A stretch of 64,000 nt of DNA from Chiloscyllium plagiosum (taxonomy: Eukaryota), in contig NC_057718.1 of the NCBI RefSeq assembly GCF_004010195.1, positions 67,769,872 to 67,833,871 of the forward strand, written 5' to 3'. The notes under the pieces were generated by a model. That model made no database searches, was not told the DNA's origin, and was given only the letters and a program-made list of their open reading frames with translations. This document shows positions 63,621-64,000 of the stretch, piece after piece (within the stretch, counting starts at the first letter, position 1; each line of letters begins with the position of its first letter). Position numbers and translations under genes: made by a program.

Positions 63621-64000
63621 TTGTTTACTGAGATTCATGTATCAAGTATGATAATGGACAGTTAAGTGAACTGAAAAATTGTCCAAACATTCCAAAATGG
63701 AAGTGAATGTGGTAAGGGTCTTTTCTTGGGTAATATTTTGAAATTAAGAAGAGAACAGTGAGCTTTGAGTAGTTTGTTCATTTTCAGTGATGCTTACGTT
63801 GTACATTTTATGGATGATAACTAAAACTGGTGCATCTAGCTGTTTTCTTTTACTGCTTCAAGTTATCTAAATCCTATACAGGACAGTATTCTCTTCTAAT
63901 TGCCATCAAAAATAATCACATTCTATCATTGCTGAAGAAATAAAGTAAATAGTTATGATCTCTGCTTTCCTGGATGCAGTCAACAATTTTGAAGAATCAT

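Overview
This is AT-rich, repeat-dense eukaryotic DNA. The repeat inventory (HE1-type tRNA SINEs, HER1/CR1 LINEs, Deu-domain SINEs, Penelope-like elements) points to a cartilaginous fish, most likely a shark. The only host coding sequence I can support is a 141-nt, phase-0 exon of ARID1B at 8860-9000 (+), so the whole window appears to lie in ARID1B introns. I did not find the next ARID1B exon by eye in the remaining 55 kb. The introns hold CR1/L2 LINE fragments, including a near-complete CR1 with an esterase ORF1, many SINEs, several Penelope-like elements with minimal hammerhead ribozymes, and probable solo LTRs. The standout observations are: (1) a 5' endogenous retrovirus remnant with LTR, tRNA-Ser primer-binding site, an overlapping hairpin with a palindromic loop, and a decayed gag, none of which the ORF track shows; (2) a young Tx1-type L1-clade insertion with a 15-bp TSD and a 3'-transduced tag resembling an LTR family; (3) a TSD-bounded Penelope element with inverted pLTRs and two core-intact hammerheads; (4) a tandem array of short tRNA-SINEs; (5) an unexplained exon-like fragment open on both strands. 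Boundaries of decayed repeats are approximate, and family names come from recalled consensus features, not database searches.
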